Assembly: GCA_965216315.1 (NCBI GenBank)
Contig: CBDCFN010000016.1
Coordinates: 1,216,001 to 1,280,000 of the forward strand
Direction of reading: 5' to 3'
Length of the DNA: 64,000 nucleotides
Source: a bacterium
GTDB lineage: Bacteria; UBA10199; 2-02-FULL-50-16; JAJFLM01
The notes beneath the pieces were generated by a model that had not been told where the DNA came from, did not search any database, and was given only the letters and a program-made list of their open reading frames with translations. Position numbers and translations under genes: made by a program. How positions within the stretch are numbered: the stretch's first letter is position 1; the number at the start of each line of letters is the position of its first letter. Of the stretch, positions 11,764 to 21,433 are shown piece by piece.

Positions 11764-13308
11764 ATGGAATTACAGCAAATGAAACGGCTCAACGGGACCG
11801 ACTTCATGGGGGCGGATGAGGATTTTTTGCCGCTGCTTCAACAACTTGGTGCGGACTCCGCACTCGTAGCGAAGCTGCAAAATTTTTCCGCTCGCGTCTC
11901 GACGGATTGGGATGCTTGGGCCGAAGAGGCGGCCTTGCAATATGAAGGGCCGTGGCTGGAGAGCTATGATGCACAGGGCCATGCCATCGAAAAAGTCTGT
12001 CTTCCCCCTCCGACGCGTAAAATCCGCGAAGAGGTCGTTGAGGCGGGGATCTTTAACAATAATTCCTATGTCGAACAGTATGCCAAGGTCTATTTGCTGG
12101 CCCACATCGGTGAGGCCGGCGTCGTCTGTCCCTTGGCCTGTACGGAGGGCCTGATCCGCGCGGTTCGCGAAGTCGGTTCGGATTTTCTGAAGGAGCGCTA
12201 TCTTCCGCAAATTCTCTCATCCAAAACACCGTTGGCCGGTGCGCAGTTTGTTACCGAACAGGATATGGGTTCGGATGTGGGGGCGTTAACGTGCCAAGCC
12301 ACGCCCGATGGCGAGGGGCAGTGGCGTCTGACCGGTGAAAAGTGGTTTTGCTCGGCGATTGACGAATTTTTTCTGATCGCGGCGCGGCCTCAAGGCGGTG
12401 CGGAGGGAACCCGCGGCGTGGGTATTTTTCTGATGCCGCGCGTTGTAGATGGAAAGCCGAATGGACTCCGCATTAAGCGACTCAAGGACAAGATCGGGAC
12501 ACGTAACCTGCCCACGGCCGAGATCGAACTCGAAGCGGCGATGGCGTACAACATTGGTCCGGTTGAACAGGGTTTTGCGAGCCTGATGAACTACGTCATC
12601 AATACCTCTCGCGTCATGAATGCGGCCAGCGCTCTCGGGATGATGGCGCGGGCCTGCTTAGAGGCCGAAAACTACGCGCGGCAACGTAGTGCCTTTGGGA
12701 CTAAAATCGGAAATTATCCGATGGTCAAAGAAAGTCTGAGTAAGATGCGCGCGATCCTGGCCGCGAAACGCGCGCTTTATTTTCAGCTCTTGGCCCGCAT
12801 GGATGCCAACCCGATTCAGGATTTGCGGAGCGAGGAAGCTTATTGGCAACGCTTTTTGATCAACCTTTGTAAATATAGAACGTCGATCGGCGCGACGGAG
12901 TGTGCCCATGAAGCCATTTTGCAATTCGGTGGTAATGGGACGATCGAAACCTTTTCGATTTTGCCACGGCTCTATCGTGACAGTCTGGTGATCGAGACCT
13001 GGGAGGGGACGCATAATACCTTGAGTCTGCAGATCTGCCGGGACTCGGAGCGCTTTTCATTTAAGTCCCATCTCGAGGAAACTTTTAAGGATGCTGAAAA
13101 CTCAGTCCAAGCAGCGTGGCAAGAGACCGCACCGCTGGTCGACTCAATGAAAGATCCCACGTGGGCCAGTCACCATGCGCGTCACATGCTCGATCGTTTG
13201 GGGTCATTGTTGGAACTTAATGCCTTGAGCCAGAGTCCTTCGAAAGAATTATTCGCGCGATATAAACAGCAAATTGAGCCTTTCCTCCGTCCTTTTGACT
13301 CGTTATAG
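11764..13308 (+). CDS. Acyl-CoA dehydrogenase family protein (AidB-like)
   Basis: CPLACT, TEQDMGSDVG, GEKWFCS, LKDKIGTR, GGNG, WEGTHN. Confidence 0.85.
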   Translation: MELQQMKRLNGTDFMGADEDFLPLLQQLGADSALVAKLQNFSARVSTDWDAWAEEAALQYEGPWLESYDAQGHAIEKVCLPPPTRKIREEVVEAGIFNNNSYVEQYAKVYLLAHIGEAGVVCPLACTEGLIRAVREVGSDFLKERYLPQILSSKTPLAGAQFVTEQDMGSDVGALTCQATPDGEGQWRLTGEKWFCSAIDEFFLIAARPQGGAEGTRGVGIFLMPRVVDGKPNGLRIKRLKDKIGTRNLPTAEIELEAAMAYNIGPVEQGFASLMNYVINTSRVMNAASALGMMARACLEAENYARQRSAFGTKIGNYPMVKESLSKMRAILAAKRALYFQLLARMDANPIQDLRSEEAYWQRFLINLCKYRTSIGATECAHEAILQFGGNGTIETFSILPRLYRDSLVIETWEGTHNTLSLQICRDSERFSFKSHLEETFKDAENSVQAAWQETAPLVDSMKDPTWASHHARHMLDRLGSLLELNALSQSPSKELFARYKQQIEPFLRPFDSL

Positions 13309-13315
13309 TGCTGTC

Positions 13316-14353
13316 GTGGAAATAAAACAGCTTTCGGATCCCGACTTTGAAGAAATCTGGCAGATAGAAGATGCGAGTTGTTCGCTGACGGCCTTTGTGG
13401 CGATTCATAGTACCAAACTAGGTCCGGCCATTGGTGGCGTGCGGCTGCGCGCCTATGCGGATCAGGCCGATGCGGTGACGGAAGTTAAACGTCTCGCCGA
13501 GGGGATGACTTATAAAGCGGCCATTGCAGGACTAAAGTATGGCGGCGGCAAAGGCGTGATCATGTTACCGGCAGGTGAGTTCGATCGCAGGGCACTCTAT
13601 CAGGGCTTCGCTGAGCTCATCAACCATCTCCAAGGTCGTTATATTTCCGCGATCGATGCGGGGACTCAACTGGAAGATGTTGCAGAGATGAAGCGGCATT
13701 CTCAATGGGTCGGGGGCGCACCTGAATCGGCCGGAGGATCCGGCGATCCGTCGCCGATTACGGCGCGCGGCGTGCTCGCCGGTATCAAGGCGGCGGTCGA
13801 GGAGGCGTTGGGGAGCGACTCGCTCTCGGGGGTGAGGGTTGGGGTGCAAGGGCTGGGTTCCGTCGGGTCACGGCTCGTTGAGCTCCTGAATCAAGCAGGG
13901 TGTACCGTCTGGGGAACGGATATCGATCCGCGTCGTATCTTAACGCTCTCGGCGCAGACGTCGTTGCATTCGGTTATCCCGGAACAGCTCTTGGCACAGG
14001 ATCTCGATGTCTTATCTCCATGCGCCTTGGGAAGTGTGTTAAACGAACAAAGCATTCCGGAACTTCAGTGCCGCATTGTGGCCGGTGCCGCCAATGACCA
14101 GCTTTCGCACCGAGAAGATGCCCAGCGTCTCCATGAGCGGCATATCCTTTATGCTCCGGATTTTGTCATCAATTCGGGCGGGCTTATTCATATTGCGGTG
14201 GAATTAGCCGGCGCTGCAGAGGCTAAGGCCCTCGAACAAGCGGATGCGATTGGTGAGACTTTACGAGAGATCTTTCAACGGTCCAAATCCGAGCATATTA
14301 ATACGCATGAAGCGGCACTAGCGGAGGCCAAAAGACGGATTAGCTCAGTATAG
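13316..14353 (+). CDS. Glu/Leu/Phe/Val dehydrogenase (leucine dehydrogenase-like)
   Basis: HSTKLGPAIGGVR, GMTYKAA, GGGKG, GDPSPITARG, GLGSVG. Start placed at GTG 13316 (ORF open from 13274). Confidence 0.88.
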   Translation: MEIKQLSDPDFEEIWQIEDASCSLTAFVAIHSTKLGPAIGGVRLRAYADQADAVTEVKRLAEGMTYKAAIAGLKYGGGKGVIMLPAGEFDRRALYQGFAELINHLQGRYISAIDAGTQLEDVAEMKRHSQWVGGAPESAGGSGDPSPITARGVLAGIKAAVEEALGSDSLSGVRVGVQGLGSVGSRLVELLNQAGCTVWGTDIDPRRILTLSAQTSLHSVIPEQLLAQDLDVLSPCALGSVLNEQSIPELQCRIVAGAANDQLSHREDAQRLHERHILYAPDFVINSGGLIHIAVELAGAAEAKALEQADAIGETLREIFQRSKSEHINTHEAALAEAKRRISSV

Positions 14354-15311
14354 CCATTTCTCGATTCCATCTTTTTATCAGACGCATGACGGCTCCGTAG
14401 GAAACACCGGGGCGTTTAACAATGGCAATTCCGTTGTTTCGCCACCGATATTCCATGAATCTGTTTTTATATCGAGGCCAGATCTCCTTTAAGACCTTCT
14501 TTTGTTCGCGCGTGGGCCGTTTTCTGAAGTAAAGGCGAATTGTTTTCCGGCGGACGTAATCGAGGCGATAGAAATGCGTATAGAAATTAGAAATAATTTT
14601 AACCGCATTAGCAGGCTGGCGGACGATGCTAATTAAATGGAGGTCTTCACGATCGATATAGCCCGCTTTGACCGCATGATGCATGTCTTGCTTCAGATGG
14701 GTGGGATCACGTGATAAATAGATGATCGGCATTAACGGGGCCTTACCTGTCTGGATCAGTGTCAGCATTTCAAAGAGTTCATCACGCGTTCCCCAGCCGC
14801 CCTCGCAGGCAATAAAGGCTCGAGATAGTGAGGCGAAGAAAAATTTTCGTACCATAAAATAGTGGAACGTAGCGCCGGTTCCGACCCATGGATTTTCGCC
14901 CTCTTCGAAGGGGAGGGTAATGCGGAGGCCTAACGAATATTTTTTTAATAGCTGCTGATAGAGGTCTGAGTTTCTGATGTCATGTTCTTTGACCGCCTTC
15001 TTGCTACGAATAACATGATCGGCAATCGCATCGGCGACCCCCTGATTGGCGGCTTGCATCACTCCTTGGCTGGCGCCCGTGATCACGGAGAAGCCGGCAC
15101 GAAATAATCTTTGTCCCAATTCATAGGCGCGTTGATAAGGCGGGCTGTCCGGTTGGGCGCGGGCAGAACCAAAAACCGATACGACCGGGATATCAGACTT
15201 GCGCAGGTGACGGAATTGATCAGCAGCATAGAAGTACTCTAGGAGAACTCTCAAGCCACGCAAATGGGGTGCTTTGCCTTCTTCGATGTAGCGAGTCAGA
15301 TGCTCTTTCAT
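14340..15311 (-). CDS. LOG-family (TIGR00730-like) nucleotide phosphoribohydrolase
   Basis: VSVFGSAR, ITGASQGVMQAANQG, LPFEE, FHYFMVRKFFF, GGWGTRDELFE. Confidence 0.8.
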   Translation of the reverse strand: MKEHLTRYIEEGKAPHLRGLRVLLEYFYAADQFRHLRKSDIPVVSVFGSARAQPDSPPYQRAYELGQRLFRAGFSVITGASQGVMQAANQGVADAIADHVIRSKKAVKEHDIRNSDLYQQLLKKYSLGLRITLPFEEGENPWVGTGATFHYFMVRKFFFASLSRAFIACEGGWGTRDELFEMLTLIQTGKAPLMPIIYLSRDPTHLKQDMHHAVKAGYIDREDLHLISIVRQPANAVKIISNFYTHFYRLDYVRRKTIRLYFRKRPTREQKKVLKEIWPRYKNRFMEYRWRNNGIAIVKRPGVSYGAVMRLIKRWNREMAILS

Positions 15312-15420
15312 TCGATGTCTATTGTACGACAAGACTTGATTCGGGGCAATTGTTCAAGGTGACAGCGTAGTGACTCATTAGGGATTGTATGTTGGGATTT
15401 CATAGGATATAACCGTAGCG

Positions 15421-16200
15421 GTGAAACGAACGATTATCAGCGTCGCTTTGTTGATTTGGCCAGCACTCCTGCACGCCGGAACGGTGATGGAGCTTGAACT
15501 GGTCCGGCCGGGGCACATGAGTGAATTTCATAAGAGCTATTTTGATAAGGATCGCTTGCGCGTTGATATCAACCCTCAGCATGCGGTTATCTTTCGGCAG
15601 GATAAAAGCGCACTCTGGATCCTGGATAGAGAGAAAAAGTCATATATGGAGATTACGGAGGCCTTTCTCAATACTGTTTCCCAAAAGATGGCTCAGGCGC
15701 AGGGAATTATGATGAAGCGCATGGAAAATATGCCACCGGAACAACGTAAGGCGATGCAGAAGATCATGGGCAATAAATTGCCTTTTTTCCCGCAGCAGAA
15801 AACCGTGAAACCGACCTTTAACAAGGTGGCGACGGCTGTGGCCTGTTCGCAATGGACTTGTGATCAGTATGAAGAAAAGCGTGGCAATGAGAAAAAACGT
15901 GATGTGTGGGTTGCAACCTCCAGTGCACTCGGCATCGATGATACGGTGTATCAGTCCATGCGCGCGTTCGCCGGGTTTACGGCGAAATTAACGGACAAGG
16001 CGCTGACCGCTATGGGAGAAACGCCTGTTACGATGATAATGGATCTGGGGGGATTTCCGGTCAAGCAGACCTCTTATCAGGGCGATGGTCAGGTGAAGAT
16101 GGAGAGTCAGCTGAAATCCATTAAGACAGTTTCTTTGACTGCCGATACCTTCGAGCTCCCTGCGGGTTATGCGAAAAGGTCAATGCCTCAATTAAAGTAA
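15421..16200 (+). CDS. Secreted DUF4412-like protein
   Basis: Signal peptide; KKSYME; MENMPPEQRKAM; C-terminal FELPAGY. Confidence 0.6.
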   Translation: MKRTIISVALLIWPALLHAGTVMELELVRPGHMSEFHKSYFDKDRLRVDINPQHAVIFRQDKSALWILDREKKSYMEITEAFLNTVSQKMAQAQGIMMKRMENMPPEQRKAMQKIMGNKLPFFPQQKTVKPTFNKVATAVACSQWTCDQYEEKRGNEKKRDVWVATSSALGIDDTVYQSMRAFAGFTAKLTDKALTAMGETPVTMIMDLGGFPVKQTSYQGDGQVKMESQLKSIKTVSLTADTFELPAGYAKRSMPQLK

Positions 16201-16248
16201 GCCCGTTCGATTCTTGAAAAAATAGGATAAATCTGGTTATTAGGCTCC

Positions 16249-17841
16249 GTGGCGAGTGAAGTTTATCGAACAAATCGCGCCAGTGGCTCGTATGATGTCA
16301 TTGTTATCGGTTCCGGTATTGGCGGCCTGGGCGCGGCCGCGCTTTTGGCTCGGGCGGGGAAGAAAGTCCTGGTGTTGGAAAAACACTATGTGGCTGGAGG
16401 CTTTACGCATACCTTCAAGCGACCCGGATATGAGTGGGACGTTGGCGTGCATTACATCGGGGAGGTCCATCGGCCTCGATCTATCCTGCGGCGCATTTTC
16501 GATGATATTTCAGATAAAAACCTTAAATGGGCACCCATGGCGCCCGTCTATGATCGCGTGATTATTGATGGAGATGAGTATTTATTTGAACAGGGAGTCA
16601 CTAATTTCAGGAAGCGAATGGTCGCGGCCTTTCCGGCGGAAGAGCAAGCCATTGATCAGTATATCCGCCTTGTTCACGAATCCGCGGGGTCTGCCCAGGG
16701 CTTTTTTGGTGAAAAGGCGATGCCTCCCTGGCTGGCGCGCATGTTACGACCCCTGAAGACGCGCAAGTTTCAGCGCTTATCGGACCGCACCACATGGGAT
16801 GTCATTTCTTCCCTTACAAAAAATCCAAAATTGATCGGTGTACTGACGGCTCAGTGGGGTGACTATGGTTTGCCGCCTAAAGAAAGTAGTTTTGCAATCC
16901 ATGCAATGGTTGTGAAGCATTACTTTGACGGCGGCAACTATCCTGTCGGTGGCTCGGCAAGCATGGTGGAGACAATTGAGCCGGTTATTGAAGGCTGCGG
17001 TGGTAAAATATTGGTAAAGGCCGGGGTGGAGAAGGTTCTCGTCAAGCAAGGCAAGGCTATCGGCGTTCGCCTTGAGAATGGCGATGAAATTTTAGCGCCG
17101 TTGATTGTCAGTGATGCAGGCGTGCCGAATACCATTGGGAAATTGCTTGATCGAGATGTTGCTGAGACGACCGGGTTATTAAAAAAACTGACGCGGGTAA
17201 AACCTTCACTGGGGCATATTTGCCTGTATCTGGGTTTTAAGGAAAGCGATGAAGCCTTAGGCCTGCAGAAAACCAACTACTGGATTTATCCAGATTATGA
17301 CCATGATGCCAATGTAGCGCGCTATAAAAACGATCCCGAGGCTCCCTTGCCGATTGTTTATATCTCTTTTCCCTCGGCCAAAGACCCGGCTTGGAACGAC
17401 AGGTATCCCGGGCACGCGACGGTTGAGGTGCTGGGTTTTACCCCCTATGAGTGGTTTCATCAGTGGGAAGAGACGCAGTGGAAAAAACGAGGAGATGATT
17501 ATGAGGGGTTTAAGCAGAAATTATCAGATCGCCTCTTAGAGAAACTCTATCAGTATGAACCTCAGTTGAAGGGAAAAGTCGATCATGCCGAATTATCGAC
17601 ACCGCTTTCAACGCGCCACTTTTGCAACTACGATCGTGGTGAAATTTATGGGATAGATCATACGCCGGCCCGTTTCCGGCAGAACTGGTTGCGTCCGCAC
17701 ACGCCGATAAAAAATCTCTTCTTAACGGGGCAGGATATCGCGACTGATGGCATAGGTGGGGCCCTGTTCGGGGGGGTGCTCGCAGCGAGCGCCATCCTGC
17801 GCCGCAATGTCATTAAAGACATTCTCCAGCGCACCGCCTAA
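16249..17841 (+). CDS. FAD-dependent oxidoreductase, phytoene desaturase/retinol saturase family
   Basis: IGSGIGG, WDVGVHYIG, STPLST, NLFLTGQD. Confidence 0.85.
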   Translation: MASEVYRTNRASGSYDVIVIGSGIGGLGAAALLARAGKKVLVLEKHYVAGGFTHTFKRPGYEWDVGVHYIGEVHRPRSILRRIFDDISDKNLKWAPMAPVYDRVIIDGDEYLFEQGVTNFRKRMVAAFPAEEQAIDQYIRLVHESAGSAQGFFGEKAMPPWLARMLRPLKTRKFQRLSDRTTWDVISSLTKNPKLIGVLTAQWGDYGLPPKESSFAIHAMVVKHYFDGGNYPVGGSASMVETIEPVIEGCGGKILVKAGVEKVLVKQGKAIGVRLENGDEILAPLIVSDAGVPNTIGKLLDRDVAETTGLLKKLTRVKPSLGHICLYLGFKESDEALGLQKTNYWIYPDYDHDANVARYKNDPEAPLPIVYISFPSAKDPAWNDRYPGHATVEVLGFTPYEWFHQWEETQWKKRGDDYEGFKQKLSDRLLEKLYQYEPQLKGKVDHAELSTPLSTRHFCNYDRGEIYGIDHTPARFRQNWLRPHTPIKNLFLTGQDIATDGIGGALFGGVLAASAILRRNVIKDILQRTA

Positions 17842-17889
17842 TCGCCGTTAATATCTTCCTGTATATCTGTTACTATACTCACATTAACT

Positions 17890-18909
17890 ATGTTCTTGAT
17901 GAGAAACGCCAGGCGCAGCGATCTGGGAGATCTGCACAAACTCAGTTATGAACTCAAATCGATGAATCTGCCGAGTCAGAAGGCCGATTTGAGCCGAATG
18001 ATTACGCGTTCGGAGCAGAGTTTTAAGCGTTTCTGGGGCCGTAACAAGGAACATGCGCAGTATGTCTTCGTGATGGAAGATACGGATACCGGCAAGGTCA
18101 TTGGTTCGAGTAAAATATTTGCCCGGCATGGAACCGAGAAAAAGCCCCATTTATACTTTCAGGTAATAGAAGAGAAAGTCAGGTCGAAGACGCTCAATCT
18201 GGAGTTTGATCGGAAGTCGTATCGCTTTAAGTCGGATACGCGGGGGTGTACGGAGGTCGGCGGACTTATTTTGTCGCCGCGTTATCGTGGGCATCCGGAT
18301 CAACTTGGCAAGCAACTCTCATATATAAGATTTTTATTTATGAAGGTGCGTCCGGGAAGCTTCATGAAAAAAGTTATCGCGGAGCTATTGCCACCGCTGC
18401 GTGATGGCCGGTCAAGTCTTTGGGAGTTTTACGGGAAAAAGTTGACGAGACTGGCTTATCACAAGGCGGATCTACTCAGTTATAAGAATAAAGAATTTGT
18501 CATGCGGCTTTTTCCACGCGCGGATCTCATTCATGATGTGCTGCCCGCAGAGGTGCAGGCAGATATGGGGCAAACCGGAGCCGAGTCAACCGCAGCTCGC
18601 GCTCTCTTGTCGAAAATTGGCTTTCGCTATGCCCATCAGGTGGATCCCTTTGATGGGGGACCTCATTATACGGCGGTGCGTGACCAGATTCAGATTTATC
18701 GTCAGGCGAAGCAGCTAAGGTTTGGTGGGATACTCAAATATCCAACAAAGCAGCGTCGAATGATCTTGGTAGAGCGCGGTGCTGAAATCAGATGCTTGAC
18801 AGCCGTCAGTCAGATTCGACATGGTTATATATATATCCAACCGGAGGCAGCCGAGTTGTTGAAATTGCGTCGTGAACAGGTAGTTTTTGCCTATTTAATG
18901 AGGACTTAG
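17890..18909 (+). CDS. astA: Arginine N-succinyltransferase
   Basis: NLPS, YVFVMEDT, GCTEVGGLILSPRYR, GKQLSYIRFLF, VDPFDGGP. Confidence 0.85.
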   Translation: MFLMRNARRSDLGDLHKLSYELKSMNLPSQKADLSRMITRSEQSFKRFWGRNKEHAQYVFVMEDTDTGKVIGSSKIFARHGTEKKPHLYFQVIEEKVRSKTLNLEFDRKSYRFKSDTRGCTEVGGLILSPRYRGHPDQLGKQLSYIRFLFMKVRPGSFMKKVIAELLPPLRDGRSSLWEFYGKKLTRLAYHKADLLSYKNKEFVMRLFPRADLIHDVLPAEVQADMGQTGAESTAARALLSKIGFRYAHQVDPFDGGPHYTAVRDQIQIYRQAKQLRFGGILKYPTKQRRMILVERGAEIRCLTAVSQIRHGYIYIQPEAAELLKLRREQVVFAYLMRT

Positions 18910-20349
18910 ATGTTGAACTTCAAGGGAGCTTACGTCAACGGGCGTTTCGCCAAGGCGAAGGAGAAAGGTCTCCAAGAGAAGCGGGATCCCGGTAATTTGG
19001 ATCAGGTTATTGGCGAGTGGACGGCGACGCCTGAGCAGGTGGATCCGGCGGTTGAGGCCGCGGGCAAGGCTAAGAAACAATGGTTTCGCTTGCCGGCGAA
19101 AGAACGCTATCAGCACTTGATTGGGCTGCAGAGCGTTTTCAAGGAACGGGCCGGTGAGTTGGCGCAGATAATCTCGGCCGAGATGGGGAAGATATTACCG
19201 GAATCCGAAGCGGAGGTTGCGGCTTCGATCAGAAAAATTGATGTGACCCTGTCGGAAGGCATGAAGCTGGTTGAGGAGACGCGGCAGGGTTCGAATGGAT
19301 ACTCTACGCGCTATCATCCGCGCGGCGTGCTGGCCATACTAGGCCCTTTCAACTTCCCCTTGCATTTACCCAACGGACAATGGGTGGCGGCCTTGGCGAC
19401 CGGTAATACGGTTATATTTAAGCCATCGGAGTTAACACCTTTTACGGGTCAGTTGATCGCCGAATGTTTTCACCAGGCGGGTTTTCCTCCGGGAGTTTTT
19501 AATTTGGTTCAAGGTGCCGGCGATGTGGGGGCCCAGCTAGCGAAGCACGCTGATATCCAAGGAGTGATTTTTGTCGGTTCTGATGCAACGGGACATAAGA
19601 TTGAGCATGCCATCAGTGCTGATTTGAATAAGATTTGTGTGCTGGAGATGGGAGGCAAAAATGCCGCGATTATTTTTGAAGATGCTCCCATTGACAAGGC
19701 GTTGACGACGTGTACGGCTAGTGCGCTCAGCACGACGGGACAGCGCTGTAATGCCTTGAGTCGCATTATTATCCACGAAGATCTGGTGACGGACTTTACA
19801 GTGGAGCTTTCCAGTCGCGTTCTTGAATGGATATCAGGACATTACACGGATAAAGCGGCGATGATGGGGCCTTTGGTATCAGAGGCCGCGTTAAAGAAAT
19901 TTCTTAAATATCAAGAGAAGGCCAGCAAAGAAGGTGCGCGGAGTGTGCTCAAAGGGCGCGCGATCAGCAAACATCCTCCCGGTTATTATGTCTTGCCGTC
20001 GATACATCGTATCGATTGGCAGGGACCTGGTAAGGATAGAAAAGGCTATCGCTATGACGAAATATTCGGTCCCGATATCGCCATTTATACCTTTAAGAAA
20101 ACCGCGGAGGCCATCGCGATGCATAACGATACCCGTTATGGTCTGGTGGCCTCTGTATTTACTAAGAAGAAAAACGTTTTTGAGAGGATGTACCGTGAGT
20201 TAGAAGTGGGAGATTTGCGCTGGAATAAACCGACGATTACGGCCTCGGGCATGCTGCCTTTTGGGGGCGTCAAGGCGAGTGGCAACAATCATCCCGCCGG
20301 TCTCTTCAGTCCGCTTTATTGCACCTACCCGGTCGCCATACAAATGTAG
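18910..20349 (+). CDS. astD: Aldehyde dehydrogenase, succinylglutamate-semialdehyde dehydrogenase-like
   Basis: GPFNFPLHLPNG, KPSELTP, LEMGGKN, GQRC, PFGGVKASGNNHP; directly follows astA. Confidence 0.8.
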   Translation: MLNFKGAYVNGRFAKAKEKGLQEKRDPGNLDQVIGEWTATPEQVDPAVEAAGKAKKQWFRLPAKERYQHLIGLQSVFKERAGELAQIISAEMGKILPESEAEVAASIRKIDVTLSEGMKLVEETRQGSNGYSTRYHPRGVLAILGPFNFPLHLPNGQWVAALATGNTVIFKPSELTPFTGQLIAECFHQAGFPPGVFNLVQGAGDVGAQLAKHADIQGVIFVGSDATGHKIEHAISADLNKICVLEMGGKNAAIIFEDAPIDKALTTCTASALSTTGQRCNALSRIIIHEDLVTDFTVELSSRVLEWISGHYTDKAAMMGPLVSEAALKKFLKYQEKASKEGARSVLKGRAISKHPPGYYVLPSIHRIDWQGPGKDRKGYRYDEIFGPDIAIYTFKKTAEAIAMHNDTRYGLVASVFTKKKNVFERMYRELEVGDLRWNKPTITASGMLPFGGVKASGNNHPAGLFSPLYCTYPVAIQM

Positions 20350-20364
20350 TATATTTAATCACTA

Positions 20365-20441
20365 GGCGGGTCCTGCCGCATACGCAATCCTTTTGCTGCG
20401 TCTAAAAACGACGTTCAAAAGGATCGCTCGCGTCACCCGCC
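20365..20441. repeat. Long imperfect intergenic hairpin
   Basis: Nested inverted repeats GGCGGGT/ACCCGCC, ATCCTTTTG/CAAAAGGAT and CGTC/GACG. Confidence 0.5.
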
Positions 20442-20456
20442 GCAAGTGAGAAATAT

Positions 20457-21386
20457 ATGAAAATCTCTCGACACGTATTAATGGGGGATCCCGCCTGTTT
20501 TCAGATCAAGCACGGTGTCAACCCGCACACGCGCAATCGCTGGGGAATGCGAAAAAAGGTCGATCGCGTCAAGGCACGCGAGCAATGGCAGGGAATGAAA
20601 GAGACTCTGGAGTCTTACGGGATCAAGGTCCATGTGATTCCGCCGCATGAAGAGCTGCCGGGCTTGGTATTCCCGGCGAACGCCGGCTTTGTCCCTCAGC
20701 TGGATGAAGCGCTTGCTTTAAGTGATCGCGATTTCGTATTGGCGCGCTTGAATCAGGCGCGTCGCCAGGAAGCTATCGTCAATGAAGTGGTGGCGCGGGA
20801 ACTTGGAATGAACTTACATCATGTGTTGGGTCAGTTTGAGGGGCAGGCCGATCTCATTCAGTGGGGCGATCGCTATCTTTTTACCCACGGCCGCCTCATA
20901 ACGCCTCATTTTACGCTTCGTCTCGGGTTTCCACCGTGGCGTCGGGTCTACGGCTTCCGGTCGGACGTGAAGGCGTTGGGAGAAATCGAGCGCTGGATTC
21001 CTATAAAGCGGACGCTTAGCTTAGAACTCTGCGATGAACGTTTTTATCACGGCGATACCATACTTTATTCGATTGGCCCCTCGAGAGAGTATTTGCTGCT
21101 TTATCGGAAGGGACTCATGCAGGCGTCGCTGCGAAAGTTAGGCGATGATCAGCATATTATCCCTTTAAGTGATGCCGATGCGCTGGCCTATGCGGCGAAT
21201 TCATTTCAGGTGATGGTGCAAGGGCAATGTACTCTCTTTATGCCGCTGGGCATCTCGGCCGCCTTACGCCGGGAGATAGAAGCTCGGGAGGTTCAGGTCG
21301 TGACGCTTGATGTCTCCGAGTTTCTCGAGAAGGGGGGTGGATCGGTTAAGTGTATGGTCGGCGATCTCGGTCAGGCCCCTCCTTAG
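20457..21386 (+). CDS. Pentein (amidinotransferase/DDAH/arginine dihydrolase) superfamily enzyme
   Basis: NPH, LVFPANAG, FEGQAD, FYHGDT, C-terminal KGGGSVKC catalytic Cys. Confidence 0.8.
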   Translation: MKISRHVLMGDPACFQIKHGVNPHTRNRWGMRKKVDRVKAREQWQGMKETLESYGIKVHVIPPHEELPGLVFPANAGFVPQLDEALALSDRDFVLARLNQARRQEAIVNEVVARELGMNLHHVLGQFEGQADLIQWGDRYLFTHGRLITPHFTLRLGFPPWRRVYGFRSDVKALGEIERWIPIKRTLSLELCDERFYHGDTILYSIGPSREYLLLYRKGLMQASLRKLGDDQHIIPLSDADALAYAANSFQVMVQGQCTLFMPLGISAALRREIEAREVQVVTLDVSEFLEKGGGSVKCMVGDLGQAPP

Positions 21387-21406
21387 ATGTATCGAAAGTA
21401 TACATC
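21386..21406. promoter_or_regulatory. Palindromic operator upstream of the kinase-activator gene
   Basis: GATGTAT-CGAAAGT-ATACATC; related copies at 25809 and 26108. Confidence 0.6.
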
Positions 21407-21433
21407 CTATCTTCAGGGTGATATGCTAACCCT

